Of a DNA stretch of 64,000 nucleotides, positions 1-11,796 are shown in pieces (the stretch's first letter is position 1; each line of letters opens with the position of its first letter). The translations under genes were made by a program, and so were the position numbers. The notes beneath the pieces were generated by a model. The model was not told the origin of the DNA and did no database searches. It saw nothing but the letters and a program-made list of their open reading frames with translations. The DNA comes from Macrostomum lignano (taxonomy: Eukaryota). The stretch is taken from NCBI GenBank assembly GCA_002269645.1, contig NIVC01000438.1, positions 62,001 to 126,000 of the forward strand. The letters run 5' to 3'.

Positions 1-136
1 GTCGATTGTCGGTAACATTAGGAATTTTACTAGTTCACTTTTAAGAATTAATACTGTGTGCAATATTGCTTAAGTTTTATATAGAAAGCTCGTGTTACGA
101 GTACTTTGCCCACAAATATACTTTCCTGATTTCCAG

Positions 137-612
137 AACCGCAGCCGACAACTCAGCTGAAGCTCGAAAGCTGCTCGCAGAGCTCAACGTCTTGGTTGGG
201 CGTTTGTGAACGAGCAATTGACGGAAACAGAAACCAAGACTACTATGGAGGCTCCTGCGCCCACACCAGAAAAAATCTGTTCGAATGGTGGGAGGGGCAG
301 CTGGCCGCTCCATCGCTTGTCTCTTACGTCACCATCTACAACAGGCAGGACTGCTGCGCTGAGCGACTCAACAAATTCTCGCTGCAGGTGGACGGCGTCG
401 AGTGCAACCGATTGAGCCTGACGGTGCCGTTCTCCGTGGCCAACTTCAGCTGCAACGCCTTCGGCAGCCGAGTTCGAGTCAGCGTGCTCAGCCAGTACCT
501 GAGTACCTGGGCATTTGCGAGATTGAGGCTTACACGCTTAGCTGGGGCGGTGGCGAATAGCCGCGTCGACCTCGAGTGCATCTGCACAATGGAACTTCGA
601 GCAGTCATCTGA
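137..612 (+). pseudogene. F-type lectin exon 2 of a PAN + F-lectin gene (exon 1 lies mostly upstream of the window); C-terminus frameshifted
   Basis: Donor ATTGTCG|GT at 11/12, acceptor TTCCAG|137 (phase 1). Translates EPQPTTQLKLESCSQSS...AIDGNRNQDYYGGSCAHTRKNLFEWW...YNRQDCCAERL, an exact H-x26-R-x-D-x4-R F-lectin motif. An 8-bp tandem duplication AGTACCTG (494-509) shifts the frame before the conserved ICEIEAY strand. Confidence 0.88.
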
Positions 613-1154
613 AAAACTGAAAGGCTGTGACGGAAACCAGAGCAACCAATAAAACTTGAAGTCCTTTGTAGATCCCTTGAAGCATTCAAAAATGAATGAT
701 GTCTTGCGATTTGAAAGCATTGATTTCTGTTGCTTTGGGTGTGAGACCTCAGAAAGCTGTTGGCTAGCCATGACTCGGTTTTTAATTGAGCAGATTGAAC
801 AACCTCGAATGCAACTGCCGAATGGAAACCGGAGCAATCAATAAAACTTTCAGCTCGCTGCAGGAACCTTCAAGCGTTCAAAAATGCATATGCGAATTGC
901 AGCTTGGAATTTTCGATTTTTGTTGCTTTACGTATGGGACCTCAGAAAGCAGTTAGTCATAACTCAGTTTCAATGGAAAAAAGCACAGACAATTTATAAG
1001 TAGTTGGAAGTCCTTAGTCCCAAGGTTCCGTGTGGATGGTTTCAATTTCATCCAATAAGCTGATGGAGGAGAGCCACTGCAGTGAATTGGATTGCCTCTC
1101 TGAGTCAGGAGATGTCATCTCGAATAAGTTATAATGTAATTTATTTATTTTACC

Positions 1155-1256
1155 CCATCGATACAAAACAGAAGCCAAGTAAGTCTAAGAGAAAAATTCA
1201 AATCGAATTGCGTGAGGGGAAGCTGGCCGCTCCATCGTTTTTCACTTACGTCACCG
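1155..1256 (+). pseudogene. Decayed F-lectin exon remnant, cut off by the adjacent insertion
   Basis: GAGGGGAAGCTGGCCGCTCCATCG...TTACGTCACC matches the conserved lectin core; the upstream part matches other remnants (8340, 13765, 15918, 21755, 29700). Confidence 0.7.
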
Positions 1257-1289
1257 CGTTACGCTACGTTAAACAGTACAATTGCGAGT

Positions 1290-2483
1290 ACTTTTAAAAA
1301 GTCTTCATTGCTTTGATTAAAAAGACTACAGAGTCTGATCTCCTCACTTGAAAAATTTATTCAGCTACCGCTTACACACTACTGTCCTGATCGAGCTACT
1401 GCAAGTTTTTAAGTAGTCTCATATTCTATTCTTCAAGATATTCTGCAAGAGCAATGAGCATTTGCTCAGGAGTTCTTGTTACTGAGTTGTTGCCCAATAT
1501 TTTCATTTTCATAAAATTCTCAAAGTTTGAGAACCCCCTCAGTTGCACTGGTGTAGCAGTCTATTGTTTATTAATTGTTTATTTTTTATTTGTACCAGTG
1601 CAAATAAATCGCAACTGATGGATACATGGTATATATTCCCCACTTATACCAGTTGCAAAGCATTTGCTCAAGAAAAAGCGAGGCTGCTTTAAAACTGACT
1701 CCGCTGGTAAGCTCTCTTATAAAAATTTCTTGCTTTTTCTTTTTCTCTTTTTCTTTCTGTTTCCCTTCTCGCAAGCCAGTGTCTTAGTTATGTAAGCTTC
1801 AGATGCACACAAAGGTCAATCGAATCAACTGGGAAGACGTCTTGTTTACTGTATGGTTTAAAGTGGCTGAGAATTTTGCTCTGGTCCACAGAGGAAACTC
1901 TCAGAGCTTAAGGATTTTCTTTATTCATATCCTCTTTGAGCATTTGCTCGCACTTCAAGATTATTGTTCCCTTTTGTCTATGGTTTCCGGCATTCATACT
2001 TGCGGTAACAATTTAATTGTTTGTCGGCTTTTTTCGATTGTTGCCGGATTTCAGACGAATGTATTTGGCCGCACGAAAACAGATGAGAGACTTTGGCGCC
2101 TAGTAAGTTCCATCCTGCTTTCGAAGGGATGAATAGAAAAGCCTCAGATAATCGTTCAAAAATCGATCCGGAACACGCTCAAACTCCTGGCAGAGCCCCT
2201 TCTCGTTGAGGAACTGTCGGAACCTTGCCACGTGAAGCTTCCGTTGCGTCTCGGTCGATTTCGGCACTGAGTCACTCTCAAGTCGGTCCAACATTTCCAG
2301 ATCTTCGCTACCTAGCTCAGGCAGCCCGTTGGAACTGGACGACGCATCCAGGTTGTCCATCTCCAGAACGTAGCGCGTGCTCGACTCTCGGGTGACAAAA
2401 GCCAACTCGTCCGTGGAGAGTCCACATATTTCTCCGCCAGGAATGTTTGCGTAGCGAATCATAGCTAGTTTTCCTATTTGCAC
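1290..2483 (-). mobile_element. Degenerate Crypton-like (DUF3504-type tyrosine recombinase) element
   Basis: ORF 2483-2100 ends FLNDYLRLFYSSLRKQDGTY* and continues APKSLICFRAA, matching the LxxFYxxxRKxDGxxYxxxSL pattern of Crypton/KCTD1/ZMYM-type recombinases. A frameshifted HFGLRGRE-like stretch (CACTGGCTTGCGAGAAGGGAA) lies near 1760-1782. Many stops; element ends not resolved (probably ~1257-3040). Confidence 0.65.
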
Positions 2484-3044
2484 TCCGAATAGGAGAATTA
2501 ATTCAAGCTCAAAATCAACTTGAGAATTAACTCATGGCAGCCAGGCTAGCTGTCTTCACTGTCCTTTAAATTTGCCATAAACGATTAATTATCTCTACAA
2601 CCCTTTCATTTAGAGAGCAACTAAATTTGCCATAGACGATTGATTATCTCTACAACCCTTTCAAAGCGCATTCCGGCAACAATCACATTTCATACTCAGC
2701 ATCCGCACTATACATGTCTGGGCCATAGACAAGGGAAGTCAAAAGGGTACAATAATGACATGTACCAATTTTTTTCGGCAGCAATTGCTCTACTAAGCTT
2801 CAGCCGCTACGCGGCTTCAGCTTACGCAATTGCTGCCGAAAAAAATCGGTATATATCGTTACATTATCAAGGTAGAACAAATGCTAAAAATTTTCTCGTG
2901 AGCAAGTGCTGTTTTTATTTACACGGCTAATTTTATAAATGCGTTTTTAAAAGAAATTCACGCCAAGTATTTAAATTTTTATTTTTTTTTTTTAATTTTG
3001 AATTAGCCGTAAATTTAACTACTTTAAATTTTTATTTAACTTTG

Positions 3045-3416
3045 CTGACTGCCATCAGAGCTCCACTGCCTTTATATACAGCGGATTCTGCAAGCACGCT
3101 ATCGACAGAAACAGGAACCAAAACTATTTTAATGATTTGTCCTGCACCCACACGGACCGCAACCCCTTTCGAATAGTGGGAGGGGCAGCTGGCCGCTCCA
3201 TCGTTTGTCTCTTACGTCACCATCTACAACAGACAGGACTTCTGCCCTGGCCGACTCAACAAATTTTCGCTGCAGGTGGACGGCGTCGAGTGCAACCGAG
3301 TGAGCCTGACGGTGCCGTTCTCCGTGGCCAACTTCAGCTGCAACGCCTTCGGCAGCCGAGTTCGAGTTGTTAACCTTTGTAAACTTCCTGTAACGATTTG
3401 CGAGCTTGAGGCCTAA
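3045..3416 (+). pseudogene. Type-B F-lectin exon (C-terminus VRVVNL..PVTICELEA*), disabled, no exon 1
   Basis: DCHQSSTAFIYSGFCKHAIDRNRNQNYFNDLSCTHTDRNP, then a +1 frameshift and TGG>TAG (~3165-3177). Resumes ...YNRQDFCPGRLNKF...ICELEA TAA(3414-3416). Confidence 0.85.
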
Positions 3417-3579
3417 GCAAGACTAAGCAAGACTCTCTACTAAGCAAGCTGTTATTGCAAGTCAGCAGTGATGAATATTGAAATTTCAATTATATTGGAA
3501 TTAGAAGATTAAAGCAACACGGATGAAAGTTTGAAAATCTCTATTGACTTCCTAAATAGAATTGACTCTGCTTATGTGG

Positions 3580-5220
3580 TGACCCTTGTTCATTTCACTA
3601 TCCAGTTTACCGTTTACGCATGGATACGTGAGTCGGAAGGGAGTAACGCGGAATCTGAGTGCTCACCGGTCGATGCGACAGTCCACAATGTCTGCTTGCC
3701 GTTCAGATCCCTATTTTGGCTGCAGTATTGCGTGTACAGTTTTGGTCTCTGTCTCAGTCCAAAATCCCAATCCCAATCTCTAATCTCAAGCACACAAAGA
3801 GTCCAGCAAGTTTGCAGTGCGCTAGCGGCACTTGCATCAAAAGCTGTGCAACGGATTTTCGGGTATTTTAGCATCTAGTCAACCACTCATTGTTACATGA
3901 ACGAAAACACATTCTGTGTCGCGCCGTGCAGAGTTTAATAAACTTCAATCACCAAAGTCCAGAAATCCATATTTAAAACTAAGAACTCACGAATAAGAAT
4001 TTAACACTCGAATTTCTTAGAAATGAGCTGGAGATGCCGGCCTGTCGTACCGAAACCGAAACCGCATTCTCGAGAGCATACCAAACGCAGTAATGATACG
4101 ACAAATATACATTCCTTACCAGACTCTGGCTCATTTCCAAGAAACTGTTGTGTAGGGTTCTTCCACTTCAGTTATTCAAGTGACCCGCAGCCCTGTCACC
4201 AGGTGTTTTAATGACAGAACTTGTGACACCAGACTAACCTGCCAGACATACCATGTTGTCTTATACATACTGCAGGGCTGGCTGCGGTGCGGTGAGGACC
4301 TGCTTCCGAGAAGGTTTTGAGTAAGGTTAAAGTGAAGTCAAACAGATCCATGAATTGCGGAGCTTTTACCAATCCTAGAATGAGTTTCGTTTCTTGAAAA
4401 TGATTCTGGATGGCACTGCGACAGTGGTTGCCTTCATCAAATAGTTTTTTAAAGAAATTTAAGCCGAGCAAAGATGATCTTATAAAGCATCTGCCTGATT
4501 CAAGGGCACAGTGGAAGCGGGACTTAAGGGCTTGCTGAAGTTGTTATGGAGAGGCCTCGGCAATGCCAAGATGAGGGAATTAAAAACATCATCGAAACGT
4601 TTTTTGTCGCGATGCTTGACCGCATCCTGTTGCGCTCTCGCTTGTGTTTGCTCAGAGCAGCTCCCAATCTGCGATTTAGGCCACTTTGAATAACGGGTGA
4701 AAGCCGTTGCTGCAAAAACACAGCAATAATTTAGAGCACCACCATGCGCTGTAAGCTGCCACTCGCGCAATCAGCTCATCGGTCTAGAAATCCGGACCCC
4801 CTCAGGCTCGTTTCCGTAAATTGTCTTTCTTCCCCTTTCTCATCCTCGAGTATCTGTTTAAGAGTCCTCGATTGTACTGCTTGTCGTGACTCAATTCCCG
4901 TTCGAAACCCAGACAACTGAGGGTCTGCTGACTAGGTGGTGGTTTGGAGTTGCAATTTTGGACGGTGTGCTCAATTCGTCCGTCTTCGTTAGCTATTTCT
5001 CCGTTCTGTTGGGGCCCTCACCTCATTGGATACTGAGACCCGAAGGAAAGTCTGCTGGCAGCACAACTGCCCGACGTTACTATCAAAGACTTCAGATTTG
5101 AGCCGCCTCACCCACAGGAAGTTGGGTTATCCTGCGGACAACAAGAGGCACAACATATTATATATTTCAGCCAATGACTTTGCTTGCTCCAATGGCTACC
5201 CCTCCCCCGTTATATAGTAG
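3580..5220 (-). pseudogene. Inserted intron-containing gene relic, possibly bHLH-PAS-like (duplicated at ~24110-25445)
   Basis: Minus-strand peptide DAVKHRDKKRFDDVFNSLILALPRPLHNNFSKPLSPASTVPL resembles the HIF/SIM-class bHLH. The downstream LGL...LFDFT resembles PAS-A. Acceptor-like TTTTTGCAG precedes it. Weak, by-eye similarity. Confidence 0.35.
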
Positions 5221-5279
5221 TGTCGATGATTTCCAAAAATGACTCGCATGGAGCAACTGATCAAAATTTCTAGTAAACC

Positions 5280-5863
5280 ATGAGGGCAATCCTGCTGCTT
5301 TTTCTATTGTTTGCGTTCGGCCTTTCGGTTGTCATGGCGACGCAAAGCATGTACGCGGCTGTTAAAAAGTGGAGCCTGTCGAAAATCCGTGAGCTGTACA
5401 ATTACGAGTGTATTCATTTAAATCTCTAAATCTCCAAGCAAAAGTATGACTGTCACTTCCAGAGTTGCGGCGAACAAATCGTCTATCTTTTGATGGCTGC
5501 ACGCAGAGCTCAACCTTGGGTTCTTACCGTTGTGGCCGGGCAGTAGACGGAAACCGAAACCAAGACTCATACTCAGGTGCCTGCTCTCACACCAATAAAA
5601 ACCCGTTCGAATGGTGGGAGGGGCAGATGGTCGCTCCATCGTTTGTCTCTTACGTCACCATCTACAACAGGCAGAACTGCTGCCCTGGCTGTCTCAACGA
5701 GTTCTCGCTGCAGGTGAATGGCGTCGAGTGCAACCGAGTAAACCTGACGGTGCCGTTCTCCGTGGCCAACTTCAGCTGCGACTCGTTCGGCAGCCGAGTT
5801 CGGGTGACGAACCTGCTCAGCCAGTTCCTGACCATTTGCGAGATCGAGGCTTACAGGCTGTAG
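5280..5863 (+). CDS. Secreted single-domain F-type lectin lacking the PAN domain (2 exons: 5280-5388, 5463-5863)
   Basis: ATG 5280, MRAILLLFLLFAFGLSVVMA signal peptide, donor AAAATCC|GTGAG (phase 1), 74-nt intron, acceptor TTCCAG. Exon 2 is open to TAG 5863. The sugar motif is altered: RQNCCPGC. Confidence 0.8.
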
Positions 5864-7073
5864 CTGAGCTCGTCTCGATGTCAACTCAAAGAACTCAAAA
5901 CAGTAAAGCAGCATTGTAACTAACGCGAGGATCATAGAAAACACGTTTATCAAATATTTCAAGCATGCAGAGTAGAAATTAACTGTTAAACCTGGGCAGT
6001 ATTATTTCATTTAGGTAGAATGTCTGATGATATTTGAAGCGTCAAAAAGTATAGCTTCAAGTCTCTAAGCGGCAGTTTTCGAAGTACCGGTCTGAATGTT
6101 CTTGCTGCAAAATTTCCTACTTGCAAAATGCTTAATTCAAAGGTACGAGTATTGACCGTAATGCAACAGTAGATTGTAACTCTGTAATTTTCGACAGTTT
6201 CTGCCTGACCAGGTAGCTGCAGTCCGTGCTGTCGTGTAACTCCTTTAAATCTGTTTGCGGCTAGTGATGTCGGTAGTTTATGCACGTGTCTTTTATATTG
6301 AGTTGGTCAATGGTGAGAGAAACTCGGAGTCGATCTGAGCAACGTGCGTTTTTATTGTGTTGTCTGATGCTATAGTCAGTGGTATTCAAGCCTGCGCCCG
6401 TTAACTTTGATTACTTTGTCAGGATTGGCGCCTAGGAAACGGAGATTTACGCATTAGTTTCAAAAGGTCAGCGGTAATTCGATTGGCCAAACAGGGGTGT
6501 TTCTTAAAACAGCAACTACCTTTCACTGGGTAGACTTAAAGCAATATTGGCTTCGAATTTCAATAAATCTGATACAGTTTTATTCACTCTATTACTTACA
6601 GCAGATAGTTTAGCGAATTACTAAATACTCATACTCAATACAAGATATTTCATCTACTTCTGCCGCTTCCCATTGCTTTTGTTGAGTATCCGTCGTCATG
6701 GCGACAAAAACCCCGCGCACGGCTGTCACCAATAATATTTGACAGTTAAAAATTTGCTTGTTCCTTCTAAAAGCTTTGCACCCATTAAATGTAGTCAGCC
6801 TAAAAACATTTTTCTCGTGACCTGTCGTTTACACAGCAAGACAGCCCGCCAATCTCACACTAACTAGCTGGTGTATCTTCCTTCTTTGTAGAGCAAACTC
6901 ACGGCCATGCTTCCATGCATGGGCAAAGTCAAAATGAAGCAAGCGGCTTGCCTAGTCTGGAAGAGGGATAGATCGTGCCAATAATCACAGACGTCGCTCA
7001 CTACGAAAAAACCTCAACTCTTAAAATCGACGTGAAACTGAACACTGACACCTGCAGCTTCTGCTAGCTAAAG

Positions 7074-7894
7074 ATGAAGCTAATTCTGCTGCTGCTGCTG
7101 CTATGCTCTACATGGGAAGTTTCGTTTGCCATGAGCATCCACATCCAATTCATGGCAGTCAAACTGCGCAGCAACTCGACTCCAGTTGCCATGGAGACCC
7201 TGCCTGGTAAAGATTCAATGAACTGCGCCACGCTCTGCGCTTTGAGGCCCACCTGCTTCGGCTTCAGCTGGCTGCAGGGTCTGTGCCGGCTCTTTGACTG
7301 GCTGGCATTCAGCAGCACGGATGGCTGGCAGGCATCGGAGTCATGTGACGTGTACACCAGGATTGTCGGTAAGATGTTATGCACTAGTATTAGGAACTTG
7401 ACTAATTCACTCTGTGCAAATTTATAGTGTGCCTAAATTGAACGCGACAATTAAGCTCGTGGTAACATTATTTTGACCGCAAATAACTTCCAGACTCACA
7501 GCCACAAACTCAGCTGAAGCTCGAAAGCTGCTCGCAGAGTTCAACGCACGGGTCGAACGTTTGCGGACGAGCAATTGACGGAAACAGGAACCAAGACTAC
7601 TATGGAGATTCCTGCGCCCACACCGAAAACAACCCGTTCGAATGGTGGGAGGGGCAGCTGGCCGCTCCATCGTTTGTCTCTTACGTCACCATCTACAACA
7701 GGCAGGACTGCTGCACTAATTGGCTAAAAATATTCTCGCTGCAGGTGGACGGCGTCGAGTGCAACCGAGTGAACCTGACGGTGCCGTTCTCCGTGGCCAA
7801 CTTTAGCTGCAACGCCTTCGGTAGACAAGTTCGGGTGACAAACCTGCTCAGCGAGTACCTTACCATTTGCGAGATCGAGGCTTACAAGCTGTAG
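7074..7894 (+). CDS. Secreted PAN/apple + F-type lectin, intact (exons 7074-7368, 7494-7894)
   Basis: Signal peptide MKLILLLLLLCSTWEVSFA; PAN core C-x3-C-x5-C-FGFSWLQGL-C; phase-1 GT-AG intron. F-lectin ...SCAHTENNPFEWW...RQDCCTNW (last motif Arg>Trp)...ICEIEAYKL*. Confidence 0.92.
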
Positions 7895-8590
7895 CTGAGC
7901 TGGTGGCGAATGGCCTCAGCGACCTGCACAATGGAACTGCAAGCTGTAATTTTGAGAAACTGAACGGCTGTGATATGAAAACTGGAGCAATCAATAAAAG
8001 CTTAAGAACCTTCTGCAGAAACTTTCAAGCATTCAAAAATGAGTATGCCTTGCAGATTGGAAGTTCAAGTATTTTTGCTTTTTAGTTTATGGGACCCCAA
8101 AAAGCACTTAGCAAGTCGAATCGGTTTTCAAATCAAACAGCACTGACATATTTTTATAAGTTTGAAGCCCTTCGTGTCGATGTTCCGTGTGGATACTTTC
8201 AATTTGATCCATAAAGCGGGCTGCTGATGGAGAAGGGCCATCGCTCCACTATACACTGAATTGGGTTGCTTCTCTTAATCGGTAGATTTCTAGAGATGTC
8301 ATCTCGAAAAGTGATTAATTAATTTTTTATTCTACCCCATGGACGCAAGACAGAAGCCAAATGGTAAAGCTAAGTCCAAATCGAATTGTGGGAGTTGCAG
8401 CGGGTCGCTGCATCGATTGTCTCCTACTCTGCCGCTCTGCAAGAGGGGGGTTGTTCGCCGAACATTTGCGCGAGCTCCCTCGATCCCTTGAGCGGTTTTC
8501 GCGTCTATAGACTAAATATAATATCTATAGGATATATGGAAGCTCGCAATGCCAATGTTGTTTTTACTTATTGCATACCACTGAACTTGA

Positions 8591-8700
8591 GAGGGTTGTT
8601 ACCTAGTGGTCAGAGCGTCGGACTCACCACTTGAAGGTCGGGGGTTCGATTCCTGATCCCGCTGGAACAATTTGTGTCCTTGAGCAAGACACTGAACTAT
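8591..8700 (+). mobile_element. tRNA-derived SINE head with CORE-like domain (second copy 30253-30360)
   Basis: A-box-like TACCTAGTGG, B box GGTTCGATTCC, then TGTGTCCTTGAGCAAGACACTGAAC. Followed by short CGACGTTTGCCAGC repeats. Confidence 0.65.
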
Positions 8701-9134
8701 GAGGATAGCGACGTTTGCCAGCCGACGTTTGCCAGCCGACGTTTGCCAGCCGACAGGGTTGCCAGCCGGACATTTGAAGGCGGCAATTGGTTAAAGAATT
8801 ATGCCCTCTCTAGGCTTACATGTACTTGCATTTGAAAACTGGGACATAGCACCAATGTAATCCCACCTCGCTCACTACTACTGCTACCAAATATACAGGT
8901 TACTAACAAACTACCGCTCATTAGAACCCTCTTCGTCTTCTTGATATTTTGGGTAGGTTTTAGTAACAGGTACCAAAGAACTCTGCATTGCTTCAGTTCA
9001 CCCAGCTGTCAAATGGGTGCCAGCATTAGCTGGCGTAATTGAGGGTGGATGTGGCAACCCCCAGTCCTAGGACAAATCAACAGCCGTTCGCAGTCTTAAT
9101 TCAGATGTGCCGCGCGCAATAACTGCGGCTGAGC

Positions 9135-9290
9135 TGTCGTTTGCACAACCTGGCGCAGACTCCATGGCAGCTGGAGTCGATATGCTGTGCATTTTTAGGC
9201 AGCAAACATGATTTGGGATGTCGTGCCTGCCGAGAATGCGAGTCCAGACAGAGACAGCAGTAGAATTGTGGTCGAAATGTATTAGCAAAA
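9135..9290 (-). pseudogene. Remnant exon 1 of an inverted lectin gene
   Basis: Reverse complement matches exon 1 of the minus-strand gene at 31776-32073 (GACTCGCATTCTCGGCAG...TCGACTCCAGCTGCCATGGAGTCTGCGCCAGG). Confidence 0.75.
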
Positions 9291-9954
9291 GTCTAATCTA
9301 CGAGCCGTAAGAAACTAAAATTTTGATTTTGAGTTTTCTCTACTTAATTGTTGTCAAGCGAGCAACCCTACCCGAGCAGTAGAAGGAGTAAACATTGCCT
9401 CATATCCCAAGCCTTGCCGTGGCACCTGGGTTGATTGAGACTTGCGGCCAAACTTCGCTGCGTTTCTCCTAATAAAAATTTATTTGTGAGTGAGCTTATT
9501 TAGATTTCTGAGAAAGTCGAATACGAAACAGAAACGAGGTGAAGGCAAACAATTTCCGGGATTTAAATGGCTAAATATCCTTTCTGCTTAATTTGTGTGA
9601 AATCGGTGTCGAGGATGCTTGTTTTGCTTGTCATGTGTACGGTCGTACGATCATATGCCTTACCGGCTTCCGTTGGCTTGAACTTCTGAATTCACCACGC
9701 TAATTTATAGGCATTGTTTCTTCTTCTCTTGCTGATTCAACATCTTTTTACGGTGGTGGGTCTGACAAACCAGGGACTGTTTGACGAGTACTAACAAGTT
9801 AGGCCTAATAACCAGCCGTACATTGTTGTTTGCATACAATTTGAAGAAATTGCATATCTAGCAGCTTCAAAATACGCTTGCACATGTAGTAGGCACGCTA
9901 TGATTTTTGACAGGGGCTGTGGGCACCCTGGCTCACTTTAAGCGACATTGTCAG

Positions 9955-10224
9955 ACAACCGGCGAGGGGGATTACTGCATGTCCATTGCGCTGACTCCCC
10001 TGAGCAGGCACACAAGCGCATTGATACGCGACCTGATGATGGACAGCGACCCAGACTTTATTTCGATAGGCATGTACACTTCACTGTGCCTTGGGGGTTG
10101 ACCTTCAATCGTTAATTGCACGAGCAGCTTCAAATTTAGCCCCAAATTAATGTGACTGCACTGGAATCGAACCCAAGCCACAGGCATGTAAAAGCGTCGC
10201 GATAAAACACGGGGCTACGGACCC
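9955..10224 (-). mobile_element. Second tRNA-derived SINE family (copy at ~32610-32877)
   Basis: Minus-strand head GGGTCCGTAGCCCCGTG...GGTTCGATTCCAGTGCAGTCACA with A-box-like and B-box motifs. Homologous copy in the duplicated intergenic region. Confidence 0.55.
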
Positions 10225-10958
10225 GTCATGCAATGGCAAACTTTCGTAGAACCGTTAGCAGCATTTTCACAAAAATTTCATTCATTCTAAGCCATACTTC
10301 TTTAAACGCTAAGTCGGTAGTGCCAATCGGACCGATTCTGGAAGAAGTTGGTCCTTGCCGAGCTCAGTGGAAGATTCGAACTCGCAACCAGAAACCGCAA
10401 CCCTAACCGAAACGAAGAAGTAGGCTGCCAGAGAAAATCTTATTTTCCAACAGACCAAATGAGTTTATACTGTGTTTACACAGCCCCGTTACGTTTTTGC
10501 TCACCGTCATTGCCTGTCAAGCATCCTGGGAAAAAGTTGCTATTCCGACAAAATTCAAAGCAAAAAAGTTTCTGAATATGGTGGAAAAAATTAAAGATGC
10601 ATTAAGTATCGCCATTAGAATTCAAAAGCTACCCCAGGAAGACAGGGTATGTTATAATGCATCATGCATAGTAGCGATCCTCCCGATAGAAGATGTATCA
10701 TATGTATGAAAACAGTTTAAGACAAAGCCAATATCCCAGGAAGCTGACTTTCTCTGACGCCATTAACACATGTAAACAGTTCCGGCAGAGCGTGAAACTC
10801 TTTTGTTTGCTTTCGCATCGTTTCCATTTCCTGTTCGACAGCCCAGCTATAGTTAGGCTTCCACAAGAGCTTGGATGCAATTTTTATAAGGAGACACACA
10901 GTGAAGATTGGCCATGCACAAGTCTCCATCAGCCCTGCTAAACAGCAAGTCTTGAGAC

Positions 10959-11796
10959 ATGAGGCAAGGTCCGCTCCTTCTGCTGCTGTCTCTGGCTGGA
11001 CTCGCATTCTCGGAAGTCACGACATCCGAAATCGTGTTTGCTGCCGTAAAACTGCACAGCATCTCGACTCCAGCTGCCATGGAGTCGGCGCCAGGACTCG
11101 GCAGGTTGGAATGCGCCGAGCTCTGCTCTGTGAGGCCCGCCTGCTTCGGCTTCAGCTGGCTGCAGGGTCTGTGCCGGCTCTTTGACTGGCTGGCGTTCAG
11201 CAGCCCGGATGGCTGGCAGGTCTCGGAGTCATGCGATGTGTACACCAGGATTGTCGGTAAGACGACATACACCCTGTATTAGAATTTTATACTAATTTAC
11301 TTTTACGATTTCATATTGTGCAATATTGCTTCAGCTTCAGATGGAAAGCTTGTGGAACAGGTACTTTGACTCCAAATAACTTCCAGACCCGCAGCCGCCA
11401 ACTCGGCTAAAACTCGAAAGCTGCTCGCAAAGCTCAACGTATGGGTCAACGTAACGTATCGCTTGTGAACGAGCAATTGACGGAAACAGAAACCAAAACT
11501 TCGGTGCAAATTCCTGCGCCAACACCGGAAACAACCCGTTCGAATGGTGGGAGGGGCAGCTGGCCGCTCCATCGTTTGTCTCTTACGTCACCATCTACAA
11601 CAGGCAGGACTGCTGCCCTGAACGACTCGAAAAGTTCTCGCTGCAGGTGGACGGCGTCGAGTGCAACCGAGTGAACCTGACGGTGCCGTTCTCCGTGGCC
11701 AACTTCAGCTGCAACGCGTTCGGCAGCCGAGTTCGGGTGACAAACCTGCTCAACGAGTACCTGGGCATCTGCGAGATCGAGGCTTACAGGCTGTAG
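10959..11796 (+). pseudogene. PAN + F-lectin gene with premature stop in exon 2 (exons 10959-11256, 11387-11796)
   Basis: Intact signal peptide/PAN exon. A net 9-nt duplicative insertion (TCAACGTAACGTA) creates in-frame TAA at 11452-11454. The motif His is also replaced by Asn (SCANT). Confidence 0.88.

Noticed and set aside
6692-6705. X-box-like palindromes GTCGTCATGGCGAC / GTTGTCATGGCGAC / GTTGCCATGGAGAC near or in lectin exon 1
   Set aside because: Explained as coding sequence (V-V-M-A-T, V-A-M-E-T) or decayed exon-1 remnants, not independent regulatory sites.
8591-8660. tRNA gene
   Set aside because: A/B boxes are present, but there is no complete cloverleaf or acceptor stem and it runs into a CORE-like SINE body. 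Called a SINE.
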